A DNA stretch of 38,710 nt. Source: a virus (Duplodnaviria > Caudoviricetes). The position numbers were made by a program, and so were the translations under genes. How positions within the stretch are numbered: position 1 is the stretch's first letter; the number at the start of each line of letters is the position of its first letter. Below, piece by piece: positions 9,844 to 16,803 of the stretch. The DNA lies in IMG/VR virus record IMGVR_UViG_3300044260_000033, positions 1 to 38,710 of that record. One strand, written 5' to 3'. The notes under the pieces were generated by a model. It saw nothing but the letters and a program-made list of their open reading frames with translations, was not told the DNA's origin and searched no databases.

Positions 9844-10088
9844 GCAAGCCGCGCCACTTCGGACAGCAGCTCGTCCAGCGAGGGCCGGTCCCGCGCCGGC
9901 TCCAGGAGTCGATCGACGAGGCCGAGCGGCTCGCGTTCGCCGTCGAGTGGCGGGACGCCGAGCACCGGCTGGACCTGATGGAGCGCGCTCCGCACCGCGT
10001 CCGGATGATCATCCGCCGGGACGAGGAGCGCGCGTACGAGGAGGAGCTGCGGCGTCGAGCCGCGGAGGAGACCGATGGAGAGGCCTGA
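9840..10088 (+). CDS. Hypothetical protein
   Basis: GTGA overlap; GAGGAGG RBS upstream. Confidence 0.55.
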   Translation: MSKPRHFGQQLVQRGPVPRRLQESIDEAERLAFAVEWRDAEHRLDLMERAPHRVRMIIRRDEERAYEEELRRRAAEETDGEA

Positions 10089-10287
10089 TCCGCACCGGAT
10101 GCCGCTCCGCGTCCGGCTCGCGTACGTCGTCCACCGGCACGTCCTGAACCCGCTCGCGTGGCGCTACGCGAGACCGCCGGGACCGCAGTGGGGGATCGTC
10201 GACCGCATCGACCGCCGGCACCCGCTCTGGCGGCTCAACGACCGCGTCGCCAACGTCTGGACGTCGTGGTGGGTGGAGCACCTATGA
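10075..10287 (+). CDS. Hypothetical Trp/Arg-rich small protein
   Basis: GGAGGAG RBS; stop overlaps the MTase ATG. Confidence 0.5.
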   Translation: MERPDPHRMPLRVRLAYVVHRHVLNPLAWRYARPPGPQWGIVDRIDRRHPLWRLNDRVANVWTSWWVEHL

Positions 10288-11765
10288 GCGACCTGACGCA
10301 CGCGTCGTTCTTCTCCGGTATCGGAGCGTTCGACCTGGGGCTGGAGCGCGCGGGGTTCCGCGTCGTCTCGCACGCGGAGGTCAAGCCGTTCTCGTGCGCG
10401 GTCCTGGAGACGCACTGGCCGGGGGTCCCGAATCTCGGCGACATCAACGCCATCTGCCCTACGGGCGAGGGCGACCACGAGTGCGAGATACCGCCGGCCA
10501 CCGTCTGGTCGGGTGGGTTCCCGTGCTCCGACTTCTCCATCATGGGACTACGGAAGGGACTGCTAGGTGGCAACCGATCCTCCCTCGGACTGGTCTTCCT
10601 CGACCTTGTTCGACGACACCGCCCTCCGTTCGTCGTCCTCGAGAATGTCCCCGGGCTCCTCTCTTCTCATGAGGGCCGGGACCTTGCGCTCCTCCTCAGT
10701 GTTCTGGAGGACATCGGGTACGGGTGGGCGTTCAGGCTTCTGGACGCGCGACACTTCGGACTACCCCAGGCGCGACGGCGGCTATTCATTGTCGCGGCTG
10801 CTGATGCCGAACGTGCCGGAGCGGTTCTCGATGACGTCACGGACCGCGGCGTGGATGCTGCGTCGTTCGGAGGACCGAGCGGAGCCGCTCTGGCCGGAGG
10901 TAGAGACGGCGCTGATCAGCGTCCTGCAGTCGTCATCGGACCTACATACGCTCCTCGCTCAGACGCCATCGTCCGCACCGACGGGACTACGTTCCCGATC
11001 ACGCCCGGCAACCTCCAGTACGTCCTCGACGAGCCAATCACCATCCAGCGCCGAGGGTTCTCCGGAGCCGACGTCCGACGGGACGGAACAGCCTACACCC
11101 TCCTCCCCGACGACGCCGGCCGACAGTACGTCACCGAGCCGATCGTCATCGAGCGGCACGGCCACTTCGAACCGCAGGTCAAGCGGGACGGGACGGCGTA
11201 CACGATCCTCCCGGTCGGAGCCGGCGGCAACATCGGACAGCAGTACGTCGTCGACCGAGGACCGGGACCGACCGTTCTCGCCGGCGTCTTCCCGAAGCGA
11301 CGAGAGCAGCGCTCCCCGAGCCGAGCCGACGGGAGCAGCTACACCCTCACTCCCGGAGTCATCCCCTACGTCGTCGAGCCCGGCGACTGGGACGACCTCC
11401 CTGATGTTCGGGGAGACGGAGGACTGGGAGGAGACCGAGACGGAGCCGGAGCCGGAGCTGGTCTCCGGGCTCTCGCTCCCGCAGAGGATCATCGACCGGC
11501 TCCTGACGGAGACGATCCCGCCGGTACGGGTCCGGCGCCTGACGCCGACGGAGTGCGAGCGGCTGCAGGGCTTCCCGGATGGCTGGACGATCCCGTCGGA
11601 GACGGCGTTGACCCGGTGGGGCCGCAGCATCTCGACACCGCTCGATGGCACGTCCTCGGACGCGCTTGCCCGGTCCCTGTCGTCGAGTGGATCGCGCTCG
11701 GCATCCGCGCAGTCATCAACGGAGACGAGGTGAGTGGTGAAGACGCAGACGCAGCAGGTACTTGA
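10284..11765 (+). CDS. DNA cytosine-C5 (carboxy)methyltransferase, alpha polypeptide (motifs I-VIII and X)
   Basis: FSGIG (I), GDI (III), GGFPC (IV), ENVPG (VI), QARRRLFIVA (VIII), ARWHVLGRACPVPVVEWI (X); motif IX is absent from this frame. Confidence 0.88.
   Translation: MSDLTHASFFSGIGAFDLGLERAGFRVVSHAEVKPFSCAVLETHWPGVPNLGDINAICPTGEGDHECEIPPATVWSGGFPCSDFSIMGLRKGLLGGNRSSLGLVFLDLVRRHRPPFVVLENVPGLLSSHEGRDLALLLSVLEDIGYGWAFRLLDARHFGLPQARRRLFIVAAADAERAGAVLDDVTDRGVDAASFGGPSGAALAGGRDGADQRPAVVIGPTYAPRSDAIVRTDGTTFPITPGNLQYVLDEPITIQRRGFSGADVRRDGTAYTLLPDDAGRQYVTEPIVIERHGHFEPQVKRDGTAYTILPVGAGGNIGQQYVVDRGPGPTVLAGVFPKRREQRSPSRADGSSYTLTPGVIPYVVEPGDWDDLPDVRGDGGLGGDRDGAGAGAGLRALAPAEDHRPAPDGDDPAGTGPAPDADGVRAAAGLPGWLDDPVGDGVDPVGPQHLDTARWHVLGRACPVPVVEWIALGIRAVINGDEVSGEDADAAGT
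10567..11733 (+). CDS. Overprinted +1-frame polypeptide (C5-MTase beta subunit carrying motif IX)
   Basis: 388 codons open inside the MTase gene; contains SLSRLL...ERFSMTSRTAAWMLRRSEDRAEPL and RRLTPTECERLQGFPDGWT (11533-11589); AAGGGA upstream of GTG; true start uncertain. Confidence 0.7.
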   Translation: MATDPPSDWSSSTLFDDTALRSSSSRMSPGSSLLMRAGTLRSSSVFWRTSGTGGRSGFWTRDTSDYPRRDGGYSLSRLLMPNVPERFSMTSRTAAWMLRRSEDRAEPLWPEVETALISVLQSSSDLHTLLAQTPSSAPTGLRSRSRPATSSTSSTSQSPSSAEGSPEPTSDGTEQPTPSSPTTPADSTSPSRSSSSGTATSNRRSSGTGRRTRSSRSEPAATSDSSTSSTEDRDRPFSPASSRSDESSAPRAEPTGAATPSLPESSPTSSSPATGTTSLMFGETEDWEETETEPEPELVSGLSLPQRIIDRLLTETIPPVRVRRLTPTECERLQGFPDGWTIPSETALTRWGRSISTPLDGTSSDALARSLSSSGSRSASAQSSTETR

Positions 11766-12003
11766 CGCGCTCCGGGAGCGCGGACCGGAGGGGCTGACGC
11801 CTCTCGACGCGCAGCGGTGGATCGGGACGATGCGGCTCGCCGCTCGCGTCTCGGACGCCAAGGAGCTGCTGGACGACGACGAGGAGATCATCACCGAGCG
11901 GTTCCGGACGCCGGGAGGGGCGGTCGTCGCGCGGTACGTCCTCCGACGTAGGACGGTCCGGGAGGCGGTCCCGATGACGCTCTGGCCGGAGACAGGACGA
12001 TGA
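11734..12003 (+). CDS. Winged helix-turn-helix protein (HTH_39-like)
   Basis: TQTQQVLDALRERG..LTPLDA...IGTMRLAARVSD...VVARYVL; GGAGACGAG upstream. Confidence 0.7.
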   Translation: MVKTQTQQVLDALRERGPEGLTPLDAQRWIGTMRLAARVSDAKELLDDDEEIITERFRTPGGAVVARYVLRRRTVREAVPMTLWPETGR

Positions 12004-12290
12004 GACGTCGCACGGGTCTTCGTGGCTCTTCGGGCACGTCGATCCCGCCGGCGCTCAGGCTGGAGGTCCTGGAGCGCGACCGCGGCTGCGTCGGGTTCGG
12101 CCGGTTCCCCGGCTACTGCGCCGGCGCGCTCCAGCTAGACCACGTCCGCGCGTCGCACGGGATGGGGATGAAGTCCGAGACCGAGGTCGGGAACCTCGTC
12201 GCGCTCTGCGGCGCGCACCATCAGTGGAAGACCGAGCACGGACGCGTCGCGCGTCCCATCCTGCTCGCGTACCTGGAGACGAGGGCATGA
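12000..12290 (+). CDS. HNH endonuclease
   Basis: VLERDRGC...LQLDHV...GNLVALCGAHHQWKT. Confidence 0.85.
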   Translation: MRRRTGLRGSSGTSIPPALRLEVLERDRGCVGFGRFPGYCAGALQLDHVRASHGMGMKSETEVGNLVALCGAHHQWKTEHGRVARPILLAYLETRA

Positions 12291-12625
12291 TCAGCAGCCC
12301 GTACCGGCCACGGCCGGTGGAGCACGACGAGGAGCTGGGGCCCGTCCGGTACTGCCCCGGCTGCGACGAGTGGTGGCCGGACGACGAGGAGTTCTGGATC
12401 GTCTCCCCGCCGCACGAGGTCGGCGAGGTCGGACGCTACCGGGACCGGACCTACATCCGCCGGACGCCGAGCCAGAAGATCCTGTGCCGCGCCTGCCACT
12501 ATGAGCGCAAGCGCCGGTGGAACGAGCGGAACGACGTCGACCCGGAGCGGCGGGAGCGCCGGCTGCGCCAGATGCGCGAGAGCGCGAGACGCTACCGGGT
12601 CCGCCGGCGAGAGGCGGCGTCCTGA
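12287..12625 (+). CDS. Cys4 zinc-finger protein with basic C-terminal helix
   Basis: CPGC...EFW...CRAC followed by an Arg-rich helix; GGAGACGAG at 12275-12283. Confidence 0.65.
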   Translation: MISSPYRPRPVEHDEELGPVRYCPGCDEWWPDDEEFWIVSPPHEVGEVGRYRDRTYIRRTPSQKILCRACHYERKRRWNERNDVDPERRERRLRQMRESARRYRVRRREAAS

Positions 12626-13191
12626 TGCCGGAGCGCGAGGCCAAGGGCCGGATGCTCGTCCGGGAGCTGATGGCCGACCGGGAGTTCATGACGGCGTTCT
12701 CGGCCGAGGAGCGCGAGTGGTACCTGCTGACGTCGCTGTTCGCCGACGACGCCGGCTACCTCGTCTGGGACGTCGAGAGCAACGCGGCGAACCTCTACCG
12801 ATACGAGACTCCGCGTCATCGAGTCGTGAAGGTCCGACGGATCGCGGCCAAGATGATCAGCGCGGACAGGCTCGTGGAGCTGGAATGCGGCCGCCACGCG
12901 TTCATGCCGCGGGTCGCGAGACGCCCTAGGGGGATGAAACGGGAGGACGGCGTCCGTCGAGAGCACTCCGAGTGCACTCCCAGTGCACAGGGTGAGCAGT
13001 CGGATCGAGAAGCGGAGAGTGCTCAGGGAGTGCACTCGGACAGCTCAGCTGTGCACTCGCCTTCCCTTCCTTCTCCAAGCCATACCAATCCCACGCGCGC
13101 GACCGCGCGCGACGGGCTGAGGCCACTGAGAGAGGCGCTGGTCGCGAACGGCCTGGACCCGGCGCTGCTCCCGGAGAGGAGGTCGCGATGA
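12625..13191 (+). CDS. Putative replication initiator / replisome organiser
   Basis: RMLVRELMAD.EF...WYLL...FADDAGY N-terminus resembles phage O-like initiators; internal DNA repeat array and PSLPSPS linker. Confidence 0.55.
   Translation: MPEREAKGRMLVRELMADREFMTAFSAEEREWYLLTSLFADDAGYLVWDVESNAANLYRYETPRHRVVKVRRIAAKMISADRLVELECGRHAFMPRVARRPRGMKREDGVRREHSECTPSAQGEQSDREAESAQGVHSDSSAVHSPSLPSPSHTNPTRATARDGLRPLREALVANGLDPALLPERRSR
12961..13078. repeat. Iteron-like palindrome array, probable replication origin
   Basis: GTGCAC-centred palindromes near 12970, 12981, 13028, 13049; perfect 15-bp inverted repeat 12967-12981 / 13026-13040; pyrimidine tract follows. Confidence 0.6.
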
Positions 13192-13580
13192 TCTACGTCG
13201 TCGGCGAGCGGCTCGGGACCGGACGGAGCCGGCATCGTCTCGCCTCGCTGTTCGGGGTCTCGGAGGAGCAGATGATGGAGCACGTCGTCTGGGTGAACCT
13301 CTGGGACTATCCGGGGGCCGTCCCGGACAACTACGCGGCGATGATTGAGCAGGCGGCGCTCTACACGGACACCGTCGTCCTGCTCGGCCGGAGGGTCGCC
13401 GGCGTGTTCGCTCTCGGGACCAAGCCGTGGCTGACGCGGATCGTCCGGAACGCCGGCGCCGGTCCCGACGTGCTCGTGATCCCGCATCCGAGCGGCCGCA
13501 ACTTCTGGTGGAACGCCAAGGCCAACGAGGACGCGGCTCGGTCCCTGCTCCGGGCCGCGTGGATGAGGAGCGGACGATGA
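13188..13580 (+). CDS. Uracil-DNA-glycosylase-superfamily-like protein
   Basis: IYVVGE, WVNL, VVLLGRRVA, VIPHPSGRNFWWN. Confidence 0.65.
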   Translation: MIYVVGERLGTGRSRHRLASLFGVSEEQMMEHVVWVNLWDYPGAVPDNYAAMIEQAALYTDTVVLLGRRVAGVFALGTKPWLTRIVRNAGAGPDVLVIPHPSGRNFWWNAKANEDAARSLLRAAWMRSGR

Positions 13581-13906
13581 ACGAGTCGGCGTTCAAGCGG
13601 CGCGTCGTCGCGCTCGCGCTCCAGTACGGCTGGGAGTGGATGCACGTCCGTCCGGCTCGGACGAACCGGCCGGGGGTGTGGAAGACGCCGACCGACGGGA
13701 CGCTCGGGGCCGGCTGGCCGGACCTGATCCTCGTCCGCGGCCGGCGGATCATCGCCGCGGAGCTGAAGGCCGAGGACGGCGTCGTCTCGGCCGAGCAGAG
13801 CCGGGTCCTGGAGCACCTGTCCGACGCCGGCGTCGAGACGCACATCTGGCGGCCATCGCTCTGGGAGTGGGTCGTGACCGCTCTCGGTCCCGAGGAGGAG
13901 TCATGA
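13577..13906 (+). CDS. VRR-NUC-like PD-(D/E)xK nuclease (possible Holliday junction resolvase)
   Basis: MNESAFKRRV...GWPDLILVR...AELKAEDG..SAEQ...WRP. Confidence 0.8.
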   Translation: MNESAFKRRVVALALQYGWEWMHVRPARTNRPGVWKTPTDGTLGAGWPDLILVRGRRIIAAELKAEDGVVSAEQSRVLEHLSDAGVETHIWRPSLWEWVVTALGPEEES

Positions 13907-14148
13907 ACGAGGACGAGCTGTTCCACGGCTACCGCAACACCGCTCCGGACGTCAAGCCGGTCACGCGGACCTTTACCCTCGGCCGGCTACGGTTCCGGCC
14001 GTGCGACTGCGGCTCGTGGCTCGGGTTCGACCACAGCAAGCCGGCCGAGTGCCAGCGGCTCGTCGAGACCCACCAGCTGACGGCGCGGCATCAGGCGTGG
14101 GCGACCGAGGTCAACTACCGGCTGGCGCTGCAGGGGGAGCTGCTCTGA
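13903..14148 (+). CDS. Hypothetical protein
   Basis: GAGGAGGAG RBS, ATGA overlap; CDCG..H..H. Confidence 0.5.
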   Translation: MNEDELFHGYRNTAPDVKPVTRTFTLGRLRFRPCDCGSWLGFDHSKPAECQRLVETHQLTARHQAWATEVNYRLALQGELL

Positions 14149-14369
14149 TGGACGTCATCGACGCCGAGATGCCGGACGGGACGCCGGTCCGGTGGTCGCT
14201 CCCGGACTTCGTCGCGATCGCCGACGAGCGGTCGCGGCCGTGCCGGTCCTGTGGCGCTCCGATCCTCTGGTGCGTTACGGTGTACGACAAGCGCGCTCCG
14301 ATCAACCAGGACGGGACGTCGCACTTCGCGACCTGCCCCGACGCTGATAGCTGGAGACACCGGCCATGA
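14148..14369 (+). CDS. Small zinc-binding phage protein
   Basis: CRSCGAPILW...DGTSHFATCPDA. Confidence 0.6.
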   Translation: MDVIDAEMPDGTPVRWSLPDFVAIADERSRPCRSCGAPILWCVTVYDKRAPINQDGTSHFATCPDADSWRHRP

Positions 14370-14512
14370 GACCACCGGGATGGCTCGCGCAGATGGACCG
14401 CGGCACGCTCTCCGAGGACGGCCGCTCGATCATCGTCACGTTCCGCGTCCGGAGATGGCACCCCGGCTACTGGTGGGCCGTCATCCGCGCGACCTACCTC
14501 CGCCTCCGATGA
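14366..14512 (+). CDS. 48-aa hypothetical protein (not in the ORF track)
   Basis: MRPPGWLAQMDRG...RATYLRLR; ATGA overlaps at both ends. Confidence 0.5.
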   Translation: MRPPGWLAQMDRGTLSEDGRSIIVTFRVRRWHPGYWWAVIRATYLRLR

Positions 14513-14769
14513 TCCTCGCGGCGATCGCGGTCAACGCGGCCGACCTCTGGCTCTCGTGGACCTACATCCTCGCGCACGGCGCCGGCGAGGCGAACCCGCT
14601 GATGGCCGGCGCGCTCTCGCTCGGACTGCTCGGCGGGCTCGCGCTGAAGGCGTCGCTGCTCGCGGTGGTTTTGGCGGCCGCTGCGCTCAAACCCCGGCGG
14701 GCCCGGCTCCTGATCGCGGCCGTGACGGTCGCAGGAGGTCTCGGCGCGCTCTCGGCGGTCGTGGCGTGA
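14509..14769 (+). CDS. Membrane protein (DUF5658-like)
   Basis: Three hydrophobic helices; ADLWLSW...GAGEANPLM...LK motif. Confidence 0.6.
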   Translation: MILAAIAVNAADLWLSWTYILAHGAGEANPLMAGALSLGLLGGLALKASLLAVVLAAAALKPRRARLLIAAVTVAGGLGALSAVVA

Positions 14770-15305
14770 GGAAGCTCTCGCCGCTCCAGGACGCGCTCCT
14801 GTTCACGGTCGCGGTCCTGATCATCGCGGTGATCCTCCTGATCACCGTCCTGTTCCCTCCGGCGGTCCGGTCCGACCAGCCGACGGTGTACGCTCCGCTG
14901 CCGTCGTCGGCGTTCTCGCCGATCCCGGAGCCATCGAGTAGGATCGCGCCGGAGCCGGCGACGCCGGCGCCGAGCCCCCCCCCGAGCCCGGCGCCGAGCA
15001 GGACGCCAAGAGCGCCCGCCGGCTCCACCCGCATCGTCGCCTCCATCTCGGTCGTCGCCGGCGTCGCGACGTGGTACGCGTGGCGTCCCGGCGAGGCGGC
15101 CGCCGGTCCCGGTCTCCGGTCCGCTCTCGGTCCCGACTGGCGCGGGACCGTCGTCATCGTCACTGCCGGGGCTCGCTCCGTCCGGGTACGGCTCACCGAC
15201 TGGTGCGCCTGCCCGGGCGGGCGAGTGATCGACCTCGACTCGCGGTCGTTCGCCGCGCTCGCTCCGCTCTCGGCCGGCGTGCTCTCGGTCTCGGTCGCAA
15301 GATAG
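14766..15305 (+). CDS. Membrane-anchored RlpA/expansin-like double-psi beta-barrel protein
   Basis: N-terminal TM helix, Pro-rich linker, GVATWY...VRVRLTDWCAC...VIDLDSRSFAALA. Confidence 0.7.
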   Translation: MRKLSPLQDALLFTVAVLIIAVILLITVLFPPAVRSDQPTVYAPLPSSAFSPIPEPSSRIAPEPATPAPSPPPSPAPSRTPRAPAGSTRIVASISVVAGVATWYAWRPGEAAAGPGLRSALGPDWRGTVVIVTAGARSVRVRLTDWCACPGGRVIDLDSRSFAALAPLSAGVLSVSVAR

Positions 15306-15347
15306 GGTCTGGACAATCTCGCTCCCGCACCTACGATTGACGTAGTC
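15296..15347 (+). promoter_or_regulatory. Early promoter P3 (TGGACA-N16-TACGAT)
   Basis: TGGACA 15310-15315, TACGAT 15332-15337, then TGACGTAGTC. Confidence 0.7.
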
Positions 15348-15364
15348 GCACCGCAGGAGACGAG

Positions 15365-15577
15365 ATGAAGGCAACCATCCAGCAGCTCGCATGGTACATC
15401 GAGCGCGACGGCGCGACGCTCTCGCGCCGGGACGGCCGGTGGATCGTCCGAGCCCCGCTCCTCGGCGGCTACGCGGAGTGGTCGCTCTCGGACGCCGAGA
15501 ACGACGAGCTGAACGCGGAGCGCGACCGAGTGTACAAGCGGCTCGCCGATCGCCGGCGAGCGGCCGCAGCCCGATAG
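15365..15577 (+). CDS. Hypothetical early protein
   Basis: AGGAGACGAG-ATG immediately after P3. Confidence 0.7.
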   Translation: MKATIQQLAWYIERDGATLSRRDGRWIVRAPLLGGYAEWSLSDAENDELNAERDRVYKRLADRRRAAAAR

Positions 15578-15592
15578 TCACGAGGAGACGAG

Positions 15593-15883
15593 ATGGACTA
15601 CCAGCGCGCAGCGATCAACGCGGAGACCCCGCGCCGGACCCACAGCCGCGGGACCGACGGACGCTACTCCGTCGAGGCGTCCGAGATGCGGCTCCCGGTC
15701 GGCCAGTGGCCGATCAACCTCACGCTCCCGACGGCCGAGTACGGCGTCGTCACGTTCAAGCGGTACCCCTACGGTCGCGACGAGTACAGCCTCCCGGACG
15801 TCGAGCGCGACGCGGACGGCGACATCGTCGCGGTCCACTACTACGGCCCGATGGGCATCCACCTGGTCGTCTGGAACGACTAG
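15593..15883 (+). CDS. Hypothetical early protein
   Basis: AGGAGACGAG-ATG; SVEASEMRLPVGQWP...LVVWND. Confidence 0.7.
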   Translation: MDYQRAAINAETPRRTHSRGTDGRYSVEASEMRLPVGQWPINLTLPTAEYGVVTFKRYPYGRDEYSLPDVERDADGDIVAVHYYGPMGIHLVVWND

Positions 15884-15913
15884 GCCACCAGTCAGTCAGA
15901 ACGGAGACGAACG

Positions 15914-16279
15914 ATGAACGCCAAGACCACCGCCACCTGCGGGAAGCTCGTCGGCAACTGGAAGTGCCAGCTCCCGACCGGCCACGCCGGCCGACACGGG
16001 ACCAAGGTCGTCGAGACCGCCCGCAAGGTCGTCGCCGACGGCCTGCTCGGCATCCTCAACGGGACGACGACCGCCGACGCGGTCATCGCCGACCTCGCTC
16101 CCGTCCTCGAGACCAAGCACTGCAAGGGCTGCTCGTCCGACCTCCCGCGGTCCGCGTTCTCGACGCGGTCCTCGGCCAAGGACGGCCTCAACCCGCTCTG
16201 CCGGACCTGCCGCGGCGGTCGCCGGTCCGCACGCCGGCAGGCCAAGCGGCTCGCGGCGTCCCAGGCGGTGGCGTCGTGA
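15914..16279 (+). CDS. Protein with two zinc-binding motifs
   Basis: N-terminal C-x8-C-x5-HAGRH; C-terminal CKGC...AF...KDGL...CRTC. Confidence 0.7.
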   Translation: MNAKTTATCGKLVGNWKCQLPTGHAGRHGTKVVETARKVVADGLLGILNGTTTADAVIADLAPVLETKHCKGCSSDLPRSAFSTRSSAKDGLNPLCRTCRGGRRSARRQAKRLAASQAVAS

Positions 16280-16497
16280 GCGCCGTCTTCGACCGCCACC
16301 ACCACGGCCGGTACGCGTCCCGCGTCCGCGTCGAGACCCCCCAGGGGTCGGCGTACGACGGCCGGCGCGGTCTCGTGATCGACCGCGTCGGCTCCGTCGA
16401 CGTCCCGACCTACATCGTCCAGCTGTCGCCGACGCTCGTGCTCCCGTTCGGAGCCGGCGAGGTCGTCGTGATCGACGAGAGGAGCAGGTACCAGTGA
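16276..16497 (+). CDS. Small SH3/KOW-like protein
   Basis: RVRV...YDGRRGLVID...YIVQL...PFGAGEV; GTGA overlaps. Confidence 0.5.
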   Translation: MSAVFDRHHHGRYASRVRVETPQGSAYDGRRGLVIDRVGSVDVPTYIVQLSPTLVLPFGAGEVVVIDERSRYQ

Positions 16498-16670
16498 AGC
16501 TGACCGTCGAGGAGCAGGCCGAGGTCGCCGAGACGCTCGACGAGCGCGCGGACGCGGCACGGCCGGTCGACCCGGAGTGGCAGATGGCTCTCGACGAGGC
16601 GGCCGAGGAGGCCGGCCTCCCGGAGCCGGACGGAGAGTTGACCAAGCGCGCGCAGTGGGGAGATAGGTGA
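16494..16670 (+). CDS. 58-aa acidic hypothetical protein (not in the ORF track)
   Basis: GAGGAG RBS, GTG start; MKLTVEEQAEVAETLDERA...QWGDR. Confidence 0.55.
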   Translation: MKLTVEEQAEVAETLDERADAARPVDPEWQMALDEAAEEAGLPEPDGELTKRAQWGDR

Positions 16671-16774
16671 TGGAGATGATGCAGCTGCTGATGGACGTCG
16701 GGTTCGTCGTCGTCCCGCTGCTGGTCGGTCTCGCGGTGATGCAGGTCTACAAGGCGCTGTTCCCGCGCGGATGA
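16670..16774 (+). CDS. 34-aa single-transmembrane peptide (not in the ORF track)
   Basis: TGATG overlap, GGGGAG RBS; MEMMQLLMDVGFVVVPLLVGLAVMQVYKALFPRG. Confidence 0.55.
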   Translation: MEMMQLLMDVGFVVVPLLVGLAVMQVYKALFPRG

Positions 16775-16789
16775 TACGGATCGACCGTC

Positions 16790-16798
16790 TGATACGAT
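16790..16798 (+). promoter_or_regulatory. Extended -10 promoter (TGnTACGAT)
   Basis: TGATACGAT, the same -10 hexamer as P2 and P3; predicted start about 16804-16805 coincides with the first stem base. Confidence 0.5.
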
Positions 16799-16803
16799 GA
16801 TCC

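Noticed and set aside
10284-11765. MTase as a frameshifted pseudogene
   Set aside because: Both frames are fully open with intact motifs, and motif X is in the original frame, matching a known two-frame architecture
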